From the NCBI GenBank assembly GCA_964658025.1, contig CAZZXB010000031.1, positions 1-24,820 on the forward strand: DNA of 24,820 nucleotides. Direction: 5' to 3'. The position numbers and the translations under genes are program-made. Below are positions 9,327-17,774 of the stretch, piece after piece. Under the pieces are notes generated by a model. The model saw nothing but the letters and a program-made list of their open reading frames with translations, ran no database searches and was not told where the DNA came from. This DNA is from an uncultured Janthinobacterium sp. Lineage in GTDB: Bacteria; Vulcanimicrobiota; Vulcanimicrobiia; Vulcanimicrobiales; Vulcanimicrobiaceae. The stretch's first letter is position 1; every line of letters starts with the position of its first letter.

Positions 9327-10472
9327 ATGGAACCGATCCGCCGAGGGGCGGCGTACAGCCAGGATCCGGAGCGAGCCGCCTGCGAGCTCGCCGATCAGTT
9401 GCACGCGCCCGACGTCGGCGCCGCCGTGTTCTTCTGCTCGGCGACCTACGACCTCGAGCGGCTCGAACGCCATCTCGTCGATCGCTTCGCCGGCGTGCAA
9501 CTGCTCGGCTGTACGACCGCGGGCGAGATATCGCTCTCCGGTTACGCGCGACGCGCGATCGTCGGCATGAGTTTTCCGCGCTCGTCGTTCACGATCGTGA
9601 GCGATCACTGCGACGATCTCACGAGCGCGTCGCTCGTGCGCGTCTGCAATACGGTCCGCTCGCTCGTCGACCGTCTCCGGCTCCGAGCCCCCGCGGCGAC
9701 CGCGAAAGACACGTTCGCGATCCTCTTGATCGACGGACTCGCCGGGATCGAGGAGCCGGTGCTCAGCGCCGTCGCGCGCGAGCTCGGCGACATCCCGCTC
9801 GTCGGCGGTTCCGCGGGCGACAACATGCGCTTCGAGGAGACCGTCGTCTTCCACGAAGGCGCGTTTCGCAGCGCGAGCGCCGTGATCGCGCTCGTGCATA
9901 CCGATCGCCCGTTCGAGGTGTTCCGCACGCAACACATTCGCAGTCGCGACGAAAAGATGGTGGTCACGGCCGCGGATCCCGTCCGGCGCGTCGTCACCGA
10001 GATCAACGCGGAACCCGCAAGCGAAGAATACGCGCGCCTCGCGGGCTTCGACGATCGCGAATTCGCACCGATGGCACTCGCCACGCATCCGCTCACCGTT
10101 CGCGTCGGCGGCGACGATTTCGTGCGCTCCGTCCGCAGCGTCGATCGCGACGAACGGAGCCTCACGTTCTACTGCGCGATCGACGAGGGGATCGTGCTCT
10201 CCGCGGCGCGCGCGACCGATATCGTGAGCGATCTCGACCGACTCTTCGCCGACGTCAACGCGAAGATCGGGCCGCCCGCCGCGATCCTCGGCTTCGACTG
10301 CATCTTCCGTCGGCTCGAGTTGCAGACGCGCGGCCTCGAGCACCGCGTCTCGCGCATGCTCGCGCGCAACAACGTGATCGGATTCTCCACGTACGGCGAG
10401 CAGTATCACGCGATGCACTTGAACCAAACCTTTAGCGGCATCGCGTTCTCGGGCGACGAGCGTCGCGCGTGA
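9327..10472 (+). CDS. nosP: FIST-domain sensor protein, NosP-like
   Basis: FFCS..YD, GCTTAGEI, LLIDGL..EE, LVGGSAGD, EINAEPA..EYA, L.FYCAIDEG, DCIFRRLE, GFSTYGEQY..MH.NQTF: FIST_N + FIST_C of the NosP/PA1975 type. Its stop overlaps the start of the kinase gene. Alternative start GTG 9309. Confidence 0.88.
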   Translation: MEPIRRGAAYSQDPERAACELADQLHAPDVGAAVFFCSATYDLERLERHLVDRFAGVQLLGCTTAGEISLSGYARRAIVGMSFPRSSFTIVSDHCDDLTSASLVRVCNTVRSLVDRLRLRAPAATAKDTFAILLIDGLAGIEEPVLSAVARELGDIPLVGGSAGDNMRFEETVVFHEGAFRSASAVIALVHTDRPFEVFRTQHIRSRDEKMVVTAADPVRRVVTEINAEPASEEYARLAGFDDREFAPMALATHPLTVRVGGDDFVRSVRSVDRDERSLTFYCAIDEGIVLSAARATDIVSDLDRLFADVNAKIGPPAAILGFDCIFRRLELQTRGLEHRVSRMLARNNVIGFSTYGEQYHAMHLNQTFSGIAFSGDERRA

Positions 10473-11881
10473 CCTTAGGCGATCCGGAATACGATGCGGG
10501 CGATCCGCGCGCGACGGACGAGATCGTCCGTGAGAACGGAAAGCTCCGCAAGATCGTCAAGGTGCTCGTCGATCGCGTGGAGCGCAGCACCGACGCGCAG
10601 GGGAGCGCCTTCAGCCTCTTTCAGGCCGCGACGACGCTCGAGAGCACCGTGCGTCAGCGGACGGCGGAACTACAAGAACTCAACCGTCAGCTCTCGCGCG
10701 AGATCGAGGAACGTCGCAAGATCGAAGCGGCGTTGCAGATCGCGAAGCTCGAGGCGGAGCGCGCGAACCTCGGCAAGACGGCGTTTCTCGCGGCGGCGAG
10801 TCACGATCTCCTCCAGCCGCTCAACGTCGCGCGGCTCTTCGCGGACGCGCTCGCCGAGCGATCGCACGACGGCGATACGCGGCGGATGGTCGGGAACCTC
10901 GATCGCGCGCTGGAAGCCGCGGAGAGCCTCCTCGGCACGTTGCTCGACATGTCGCGGCTCGACGCGGGCGCCCAACGCGCCGAACTCGCCGACGTCGAAA
11001 TCGATCCGTTACTCGAACGCCTCGCGACGGAGTACGGGCTCTCCGCCGAAGATCGCGGTCTGCGCCTGCGCGTCCTGCCGACGCGCGCGTTCGTGCGCAC
11101 CGATCTCGGCTTGCTCGAACGGGTCGTGCGCAATCTCATCGGAAACGCGCTGAGCTACACCTCGCGCGGCGGCGTCCTCGTCTGCGGACGCCGGCGCGGC
11201 GAACGCCTGCGCCTCGAAGTGTGGGATACCGGGAGCGGCATCGCCGAGGCCGATCTCGATCAGATCTTCGTCGAATTCAAACGCCTCCAGAGCGACGCGA
11301 GTCACGACGCCGACGGCCTGCCGCGCATGGGTCTCGGACTCGCGATCGTGCAGCGTATCGCGCGCCTGCTCGACGCGCGACTCGCGGTCCGGTCGCGCGT
11401 GGGTCGCGGGACGGTCTTCTCGCTCGAACTCCCGCTCGTCGCGGCGGTCGCGCCGCGGGCGCCCGCGCCGGCACCGCTCGCCGCCGCGGCGATCTCGGGC
11501 GACCGGCTTCGCGGACGGACCGTGCTTCTCGTCGACGACGACGTCATCGCGCTCGCGGGCCTGCGGACCGTGCTCGAAGGTTGGGGCATGGGCGCGATCG
11601 TCGCGAGCTCGAAGCGCGAAGCCGTCGGCGCGCTCGCCGGGCGAGGCGCGCGACCCGAAGCGATCCTCGCCGACTACCATCTCGAGCGCGGCGAGACGGG
11701 GATCGACGTGATCGACGCCGTGCACGAACTCTACGTCGCGACGATCCCCGCGATCGTCCTCTCCGCGGATCCCAATAACGCCACGCGGCGCCACGTCGAC
11801 GAGCGCGGGTTCGCGTGGCTTCCGAAACCCGTCCGCGCCGAACGCTTGCGCTCGCTCCTCGCGCATCTGCTCGCCGCGTGA
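10469..11881 (+). CDS. Cytoplasmic hybrid histidine kinase (coiled coil-HisKA-HATPase-REC), NahK/ErcS'-like, no PAS domains
   Basis: H-box KTAFLAAASHDLLQPLN, N-box NLIGNALSYT, G1 DTGSG, F-box IFVEF, G2 GLGLAIV. Receiver LVDDD...ADYHL...LPKP. GTGA overlap with the FIST gene. No TM helix. Confidence 0.92.
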   Translation: MTLGDPEYDAGDPRATDEIVRENGKLRKIVKVLVDRVERSTDAQGSAFSLFQAATTLESTVRQRTAELQELNRQLSREIEERRKIEAALQIAKLEAERANLGKTAFLAAASHDLLQPLNVARLFADALAERSHDGDTRRMVGNLDRALEAAESLLGTLLDMSRLDAGAQRAELADVEIDPLLERLATEYGLSAEDRGLRLRVLPTRAFVRTDLGLLERVVRNLIGNALSYTSRGGVLVCGRRRGERLRLEVWDTGSGIAEADLDQIFVEFKRLQSDASHDADGLPRMGLGLAIVQRIARLLDARLAVRSRVGRGTVFSLELPLVAAVAPRAPAPAPLAAAAISGDRLRGRTVLLVDDDVIALAGLRTVLEGWGMGAIVASSKREAVGALAGRGARPEAILADYHLERGETGIDVIDAVHELYVATIPAIVLSADPNNATRRHVDERGFAWLPKPVRAERLRSLLAHLLAA

Positions 11882-11898
11882 CGTATGCCGTCGGTCGC

Positions 11899-12813
11899 TT
11901 AGAGCCCCGGCTCCTCGTGCACGGGCGGCCGCCATTTCAGTAAGCGGTTTTCGAGCGAGGTCAGCAGGAAGTCCGCGCAGAGCGTGAGCGCGGCGAGCAC
12001 GATCATCGCGGCGAACACGCCGGACGGATTGAAGAGCCCCTGTTCGGTCGAGATGAGTAGCCCGAGCCCGTGACGCGAGCCTAAGAACTCGCCGACGACC
12101 GCGCCGACGATCGCGAACCCGAAGCTCACGTGGAGGCTCGCGAGAATCCAGCTCATGGCCGACGGGATGATGACCGACGTCGTGACTTGCAATTCGGAGG
12201 CGCCGAGGATGCGCGCGTTGGCGATGAGATTTCGATCCGCCTCGCGCGCGCCTTGAAACGCGTTTCCGAAAACGACGAAGAACACCATGACGACCGCGAG
12301 CGCGACCTTCGATTGCATCCCGAGCCCGAGCGCGATCACGAAGATCGACCCGAGGACGATGCGCGGGATCGAGTTCGCGACCTTGATGTAGATGCTGAAC
12401 ACGTCGGCGAGTAAGCGATTGCGGCCGAGCGCGATGCCGGAGACGATCCCGAGTAACGATCCGATCGCGAATCCGAGGATCGTCTCCTCGAGCGTCACCC
12501 AGATCTCGCCGAGAAGCGGCCCCTGCGACGTCCCCGAGACGATCCAATCCCAGAGTTGCTTGACGATGAGCGAGGGCATCGCGAAAAAAAACGGATCGAT
12601 GATCTTCGCGCGCGCGAGGCCCTCCCATAAGGCGAGAAAGACGACGGCGAACGCCGTCCGCAAGAACACGACGAGACGCGCGCGCTTCGCCGCGGCCGAG
12701 CCCGGCCGCACGCGTTCGCGTTCCGGCACGGGCGCGCCGAGCGCGACGACGTCCGGAGCGGGCGGGCTCGAGACGGTGAGCGATGGGGGCACGGTCGTGG
12801 ATCCTCCGTTCAT
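11899..12813 (-). CDS. ABC transporter permease, NitT/TauT family
   Basis: LALWE...PS.I, VTLEET..GF..G, NSIPRIVL, EAA-like loop LIANARILGAS, GAVVGEFLG..GLG. ATG at 12813 overlaps the ATPase stop (ATGA). Confidence 0.93.
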   Translation of the reverse strand: MNGGSTTVPPSLTVSSPPAPDVVALGAPVPERERVRPGSAAAKRARLVVFLRTAFAVVFLALWEGLARAKIIDPFFFAMPSLIVKQLWDWIVSGTSQGPLLGEIWVTLEETILGFAIGSLLGIVSGIALGRNRLLADVFSIYIKVANSIPRIVLGSIFVIALGLGMQSKVALAVVMVFFVVFGNAFQGAREADRNLIANARILGASELQVTTSVIIPSAMSWILASLHVSFGFAIVGAVVGEFLGSRHGLGLLISTEQGLFNPSGVFAAMIVLAALTLCADFLLTSLENRLLKWRPPVHEEPGL

Positions 12814-13622
12814 GCGACCACCTTGTTGCGTGCGTAACCCGCCTCGACTTCCTCGCGTAGATCCTCCCAGATCCGACGCGAGAGTTCGATGAACGTGGGC
12901 TCGTAGCGGATCTCCGCGGTAACGCGCGGGCGCGGGAGATCGATCTCGTACACCGACTTCACGGTGGCGGGCGCCGAGGTGAGGACGTACACGCGGTCGG
13001 CGAGCGCGATCGCCTCTTCGAGATCGTGCGTGACGAACACGACCGCGGCGCGCGACTCGGACCAGAGCCGCAAGAGTTCGTCTTGCATGACGACGCGCGT
13101 CTGCACGTCGAGCGCGCTGAACGGCTCGTCCATCAACAGGATCTCCGGACCGTTGATGAACGTCTGCGCCATCGTCACGCGTTTGCGCATCCCGCCGGAG
13201 AGTTGGTGCGGATAGTGATTTTCGAATCCGGTCAGGCCGACGCGCCGGATCCAATCGCGCGCGATCTCGAACGCGCGCGCCTTCGGCACCCCGCGGAAGA
13301 GCGGCCCCGCGGCGACGTTGCGTAGGACGCTCCGCCACGGGAAGAGCGCGTCGGTCTGAAAGACGAAGCCGATCCGCGGATCGATTCCGGCGACGCGCTT
13401 GCCCATCACGTACACCTCGCCTTCGCTCGGCGCGTTGATTCCCGTCACGAGGTTGAGCGTCGTCGACTTCCCGCAACCCGTCGGACCGACCACGGCGACG
13501 AATTCCCCCGGCCGCACCGTCAGGTTGAAATCGCGAAGCGCGACGTGCGAGGATCCCGTCGGCGAGACGAAGCGCCGCGTCACGTTGACGAGTTGGATCG
13601 CCGCGCCGTTCGAATCCGTCAC
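12810..13622 (-). CDS. ABC transporter ATP-binding protein, NitT/TauT family
   Basis: Walker A GPTGCGKST, Q-loop VFQ, signature LSGGM, Walker B LLMDEPFSALD, H-loop VTHDLEEA, C-terminal LPRPR. Confidence 0.95.
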   Translation of the reverse strand: MTDSNGAAIQLVNVTRRFVSPTGSSHVALRDFNLTVRPGEFVAVVGPTGCGKSTTLNLVTGINAPSEGEVYVMGKRVAGIDPRIGFVFQTDALFPWRSVLRNVAAGPLFRGVPKARAFEIARDWIRRVGLTGFENHYPHQLSGGMRKRVTMAQTFINGPEILLMDEPFSALDVQTRVVMQDELLRLWSESRAAVVFVTHDLEEAIALADRVYVLTSAPATVKSVYEIDLPRPRVTAEIRYEPTFIELSRRIWEDLREEVEAGYARNKVVA

Positions 13623-13632
13623 GTCGCCTCCG

Positions 13633-14628
13633 TTACTTCGCGGCTTTGGCGTACGACGTGGTGTACGTCTTGGAGAGATTGATCGACGCCGACTTCACTG
13701 CGGGATTGAACGTCGAGAGCACCGAGAGCACCGTCTTCGGGCCCGAATCCGGCATCACGCCGTCCGCCGTGAACATCGCCTTCGATGCGGCGAGCGCCTT
13801 CACGTACGCGGCTTTGTCGCCCGCGTAATAATCGCTCGGGAGTTTGTCCGCGATCTGTTCCGCCGAATGCGTCGAGATCCACCGGAGCGTCTTCACGAAC
13901 GCCGCCGCGATCTTCTTGGTCTGGTCCTGATGCGCGTCGACCCACGACGACTGCATGTAGAGACACGCGGCCGGGTACGCGCCGCCGAGGATCCGCTTCG
14001 TCTCCGCGACGGTACGGAAATCGAAGAGGATGCGTCCGTCGCCCGTTTTCGTCAGACGCGAGACCGTCGGTTCGGTCGTCATCCCGCCGTCGATCTTCTT
14101 CTGCTCGAGCGCGGCGATGAACGTGTTGCCCGCACCGACCGGAAGCGTCGTGAAGTCGCTGAGCTGCACGCCGTTTTTGACGGCGACATATTTCGTGAGA
14201 AAATCGGTCGACGATCCCAAACCCGTGACGCCGAGCGTCTTGCCCTTGAAATCTTTCGGCGATTTGATCGGACCGTTTTTCGCGACGACTTCGACCTCGC
14301 CCGGCGCCTGACTGAGCTGAACGACCGATTCGAGAAACTTGCCCTTCGCCTGCAGGTCGATCGTGTGATCGTAGAACCCGACGACGCCTTGGATCGCGTT
14401 GGAGAGGATCTCGTCTTCCGCCTCGACGCCCGCGGGCTCGGTGATGATCTCGACGTCGACGCCCGCATCTTTGAAGTAGCCGAGCGACTCGGTGAGCTTC
14501 GCCGGTAAATAAATTTGTTTCTCGATCCCGCCGACCATGATCGTGACCTTGTCGTCCGCCGACGCCGCGAGCGGCGCCGAAACGATCGCCGCGAACGCGA
14601 CGGGCAGCAAGAGTTTGGTGATGCGCAT
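13633..14628 (-). CDS. ABC transporter substrate-binding protein, NitT/TauT (NMT1/SsuA-like) family
   Basis: Sec signal peptide (MRITKLLLPVAFAAIVSAPLAASA), LGYFKDAGVDVE, IKSPKDFKGKTLGVTGLGSST, IDGGMTTEP. First gene of the ABC operon. Confidence 0.92.
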   Translation of the reverse strand: MRITKLLLPVAFAAIVSAPLAASADDKVTIMVGGIEKQIYLPAKLTESLGYFKDAGVDVEIITEPAGVEAEDEILSNAIQGVVGFYDHTIDLQAKGKFLESVVQLSQAPGEVEVVAKNGPIKSPKDFKGKTLGVTGLGSSTDFLTKYVAVKNGVQLSDFTTLPVGAGNTFIAALEQKKIDGGMTTEPTVSRLTKTGDGRILFDFRTVAETKRILGGAYPAACLYMQSSWVDAHQDQTKKIAAAFVKTLRWISTHSAEQIADKLPSDYYAGDKAAYVKALAASKAMFTADGVMPDSGPKTVLSVLSTFNPAVKSASINLSKTYTTSYAKAAK

Positions 14629-14687
14629 AGAGCGTTGTCTCCGAAATCGTGACGAAGAGGCGAACGCAAGAGTTCGGCCTGCCCGGA

Positions 14688-14817
14688 AGTATGGCAGAGC
14701 GAACCTTTCGCGAGACTTTCATTTCCGCCCGAGGCGGAGTTAAGTTTTATCGAAATCTTTTTGGCGACAACTTCCTGCCAGATTGAAAGGTTGCTGAAAG
14801 GTCGACCGTGTTGGAAT
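14688..14817. promoter_or_regulatory. Mirror-symmetric divergent promoters with OmpR/PhoB-type tandem repeats (candidate TctD-like boxes) and extended -10 elements
   Basis: + strand: TGAAAGGT (14784-14791), TGAAAGGT (14795-14802), 6 nt, TGT-TGGAAT (14809-14817). - strand: TGAAAGTC (14721-14714), CGAAAGGT (14710-14703), 6 nt, TGC-CATACT (14696-14688). Both have an 11-bp period and identical spacing. Confidence 0.75.
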
Positions 14818-14880
14818 GATCCGACACGTGCGGCGCCTCGGGACGCGCCGATTTCTCCGTTGTCCATCTGGGGAGGCTTC

Positions 14881-16353
14881 ATGCCACGGATCACCTCATG
14901 CGCGGCCGCCGTCCTACTCGTATCGCTCGCCGGCCCGCTCGCGGCGCCCGCACTCGCGACGCCGACCGACGATCTCAAGGCCGAGGTTCAGGCGCTCGAA
15001 GCGCGCGTCAAGCAACTCGAACGCGAAGCGAACGAAGGCAAATCGCTCCCGTCGCCGTCGGGCGGCGCGCCGCTCGCGCCCTCGCCCGGCGTGACGGCGG
15101 TCGATAAGACGATCAACCCCGCGAACGCGACGCCCGGACAGAAACAGCAACTCGGCGCGGTGAATCCGCCCGCGGAACCCGCCGATCTCGTTCGCGGCGG
15201 TTCGTTTCCCGGCTCGTTCCGACTCCCCGGGAGCGACACGTCCGTCGCGGTTCACGGTTGGATCGATCTCCAAGCCTTCTACGATCCCCAGCAGTATCTC
15301 GGCGATAAATTCCAGTCCGGTAGCATCCTCCCGCCGAGCAACGCGCGCGAGCAGATCTCCAACAGCTATCACTTCCACGGAAAGCTCACGCGCTTGATCG
15401 TGGAGACGCGCACGCCGACGAAGCTCGGTTTGTTCAAAACCTATTTCGCCTCGGACTTCTACGGTTTCGAGAACGGCGGGAGCACGGGCCAACAGGCGAT
15501 CCAAAACAATAATTACGGATTCCGCCCGGTCCACATCTACGGCCAGCTCGGCGGCTTCCTCGCCGGGAAGACGTGGTCGAACTTCATCGACGATCCCGAT
15601 AGCGCGGAGAGCATCGACAACGCCGGACCGACGGGCGTGCCGTCGGAGCAAGTCCCGCAGATCCGCTACACGCAACACACGAAGGTCGGCGACCTCAGCG
15701 TCTCGGCGGAGAATCCCGTGACGGACTACGCGAGCAACGACAAGCTCGGCAACACGGAGCTCACGTCGAAATACAACCCCGTCCCCGATCTCACGGCGAA
15801 ATACGAGATCCAACGCAAGTGGGGCCACCTCCAAGCCTCGGGCGTCCTGCGCAAGCTCGCCTACGACGACGGCGCGGGCCATCGATCCGAGGCGAATGCG
15901 GGCGGCGGCATCCTCGGCGCGACGATCAACGTGAGCCCGTCGACCGCGGTCGGGTCGCAGGTGTTCTTCGGAAACGGCATCATGAAGTTCACGCCCGACG
16001 ACTTCGGCCCCGTCTCGAGCGCGCAGATCAACAACATCGGAACCGCGCAGCAAGTGCTCGTCCCCAGTAACGAGAACGGCCTGACGATCTACGCGGCGCA
16101 CGTGTTCAACGAGAAGCTCCGTTCGAACGTCGCCTACGGTTACTACTCGGAGCACTGGAACGACTTCATCCCGGCCGACTTCACGGAACCGACGATCACG
16201 CACACGGTGCACATCAATCTCATCTACAGCCCGGTGAAGATGGCCGACTTCGGCATCGAGTTCATCCACGGCGTAAAATCGTTCCGACCCGTTCTCAACA
16301 CGCCGCCGGCGAGCGCCGACCGCATCATCGGCGGATTCAAGTTCAAGTTCTAA
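14881..16353 (+). CDS. DcaP-family trimeric outer-membrane porin
   Basis: GGGAGG RBS then ATG 14881; signal peptide; N-terminal coiled coil (DDLKAEVQALEARVKQLE); GSFPGSFRLPGSDT; TRL.VETRTPT; DFYG; FLAGKTWSNF.D; PQIRY; PDLT; C-terminal beta-signal FKFKF. Confidence 0.85.
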   Translation: MPRITSCAAAVLLVSLAGPLAAPALATPTDDLKAEVQALEARVKQLEREANEGKSLPSPSGGAPLAPSPGVTAVDKTINPANATPGQKQQLGAVNPPAEPADLVRGGSFPGSFRLPGSDTSVAVHGWIDLQAFYDPQQYLGDKFQSGSILPPSNAREQISNSYHFHGKLTRLIVETRTPTKLGLFKTYFASDFYGFENGGSTGQQAIQNNNYGFRPVHIYGQLGGFLAGKTWSNFIDDPDSAESIDNAGPTGVPSEQVPQIRYTQHTKVGDLSVSAENPVTDYASNDKLGNTELTSKYNPVPDLTAKYEIQRKWGHLQASGVLRKLAYDDGAGHRSEANAGGGILGATINVSPSTAVGSQVFFGNGIMKFTPDDFGPVSSAQINNIGTAQQVLVPSNENGLTIYAAHVFNEKLRSNVAYGYYSEHWNDFIPADFTEPTITHTVHINLIYSPVKMADFGIEFIHGVKSFRPVLNTPPASADRIIGGFKFKF

Positions 16354-17774
16354 ACGATCGATCCGAAGCGCTCGGGAAGATTCGGAGATGCGGGTCGCGC
16401 GACCGTCGGTAAGTCGACGACGATCGTGCAGCCCCGCGCCGACCCGGCGTCGGCGATCGTCACGGTCCCGCCGAAGGCCGCGGCGATCTCCTTGACGATC
16501 GCGAGCCCGAGCCCGCTCCCCGCCACGTCGCTCGACGCGAGTCGCATGAAGCGCTCGAACACGGCGCTTCGCTTTTCGAGCGGGATCCCCGGACCCGTAT
16601 CCGCGAGCGTGATCGCACATCGCCCGTCGCGCGCGCGGAGATCCGCCTCGACCGAGCCGCCGCGCGGCGTGTATTGCAAGGCGTTATCCACGAGGTTCGC
16701 GATCATCTCGTGAAGCAGCAGCGCGTCTCCGCGGACGAAGATCGGCTCGGCGCTCTCGGCCTCGAACGCGAGATCGATCCCCTGCGCGAGCGCGGCGTCC
16801 GCGTGCTCGACGAGCGCCTCGCGGACGATCGCGGTCATGTCGCACGGCTCGCCGAGCACGCGACCGCGTTGTGCCTCGGCGCGCGAGAGCAGTAAGAGTT
16901 GGTTCGTGAGTCGCGTCATCTGCCGCGTCGTCGCGAGGATCGCCGCGATCACGGGTCGGAACTCGCTCGGCGCTTCGGTCGAGGCGAACTGCGCCTGCGT
17001 CCGCAGGAGCGTGAGCGGCGTGCGGAGCTGATGCGCGGCGTTCGCGGTGAAACGTTTGCGCGCTTCGAGCTGTTCGCCGAGCCGGCCCATGTAGCGGTTG
17101 AGCGCGATCGTGAACGGTTGCAATTCGTCGTAGACGCGTTCGAGCGGGATCGGCGCGAACTCGTCGGGTTTGCGCGCGGCGACCTCCTGCCCGACGCGTA
17201 CGAGCGCGGCGAGTCGGTTTTTGAGGACGAACCAGAGTAACGCGAAGGTCAGCGCGACGAGGACGACCTGTTGCTCCGCCGTCTGCATCGAGAACCGCGC
17301 GACGAGGGCGTCGCGTCCGCGCGTCGTCTCGCCGACGACGACGAGCGCCTCGCGGATCGCGCGGGACGTGGGCACCGGTTGGCGTAGCGCGACGAGGCGG
17401 ACGTCCGCGCCGCGGAAGCGCGTGTCGTAGTAGACGGGCGAGCCGTCCGACGGGACGTCGGGCGGCGTCGGCAATTCGGCGTAGCCGACGAGCAACGTGC
17501 CGTTCGGCGAGAAGACCTGATAGTAGACGAGATCGCGTTCGCTCGATTCGAACATCTCGATCGCCGCCGGCGGGACGACCGCCTCGAGTTGGCCCGAATT
17601 GTCGCGGATCTGCTCGGCGATCGATTTCGCCGCGCCGTAGAGCGTTCGGTCGGTGACGATGTTCGCCGCGGCGCGTGCGTTCCGCGAGGCGATCGCGACG
17701 TCGATTCCGACGATCAGCATCACGGGCGCGAGCAAGCCCGAGAGCAGTTGTAAGCGGAGGCTAGTGAACCGCAC
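16350..17774 (-). CDS. Membrane sensor histidine kinase, TctE/QseC-like (2CSK_N-type extracytoplasmic domain)
   Basis: SLRLQLL..LL.P TM1, DRTL..AAKSIAE, P..AIEMFES..RDLVYYQV, V.VGET..GR, TM2, H-box FTANAAHQLRTPLT, NLVDNALQYT, DTGPG, GSGLGL. Confidence 0.92.
   Translation of the reverse strand: MRFTSLRLQLLSGLLAPVMLIVGIDVAIASRNARAAANIVTDRTLYGAAKSIAEQIRDNSGQLEAVVPPAAIEMFESSERDLVYYQVFSPNGTLLVGYAELPTPPDVPSDGSPVYYDTRFRGADVRLVALRQPVPTSRAIREALVVVGETTRGRDALVARFSMQTAEQQVVLVALTFALLWFVLKNRLAALVRVGQEVAARKPDEFAPIPLERVYDELQPFTIALNRYMGRLGEQLEARKRFTANAAHQLRTPLTLLRTQAQFASTEAPSEFRPVIAAILATTRQMTRLTNQLLLLSRAEAQRGRVLGEPCDMTAIVREALVEHADAALAQGIDLAFEAESAEPIFVRGDALLLHEMIANLVDNALQYTPRGGSVEADLRARDGRCAITLADTGPGIPLEKRSAVFERFMRLASSDVAGSGLGLAIVKEIAAAFGGTVTIADAGSARGCTIVVDLPTVARPASPNLPERFGSIV

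Noticed and set aside
12814..13476. Apparent 525-aa permease suggesting a fusion or frameshift
   Set aside because: The extension is an alternate frame of the ATPase gene; a normal ATGA coupling exists at 12810-12813.
14914..16620. 568-aa antisense ORF over the porin, and similar long shadow ORFs (11009-12628, 20988-22550, 5679-7508, 9252-10427, 18697-19947)
   Set aside because: Arg/Ala-rich with no motifs and overlapping well-supported genes; expected from high GC and codon bias.
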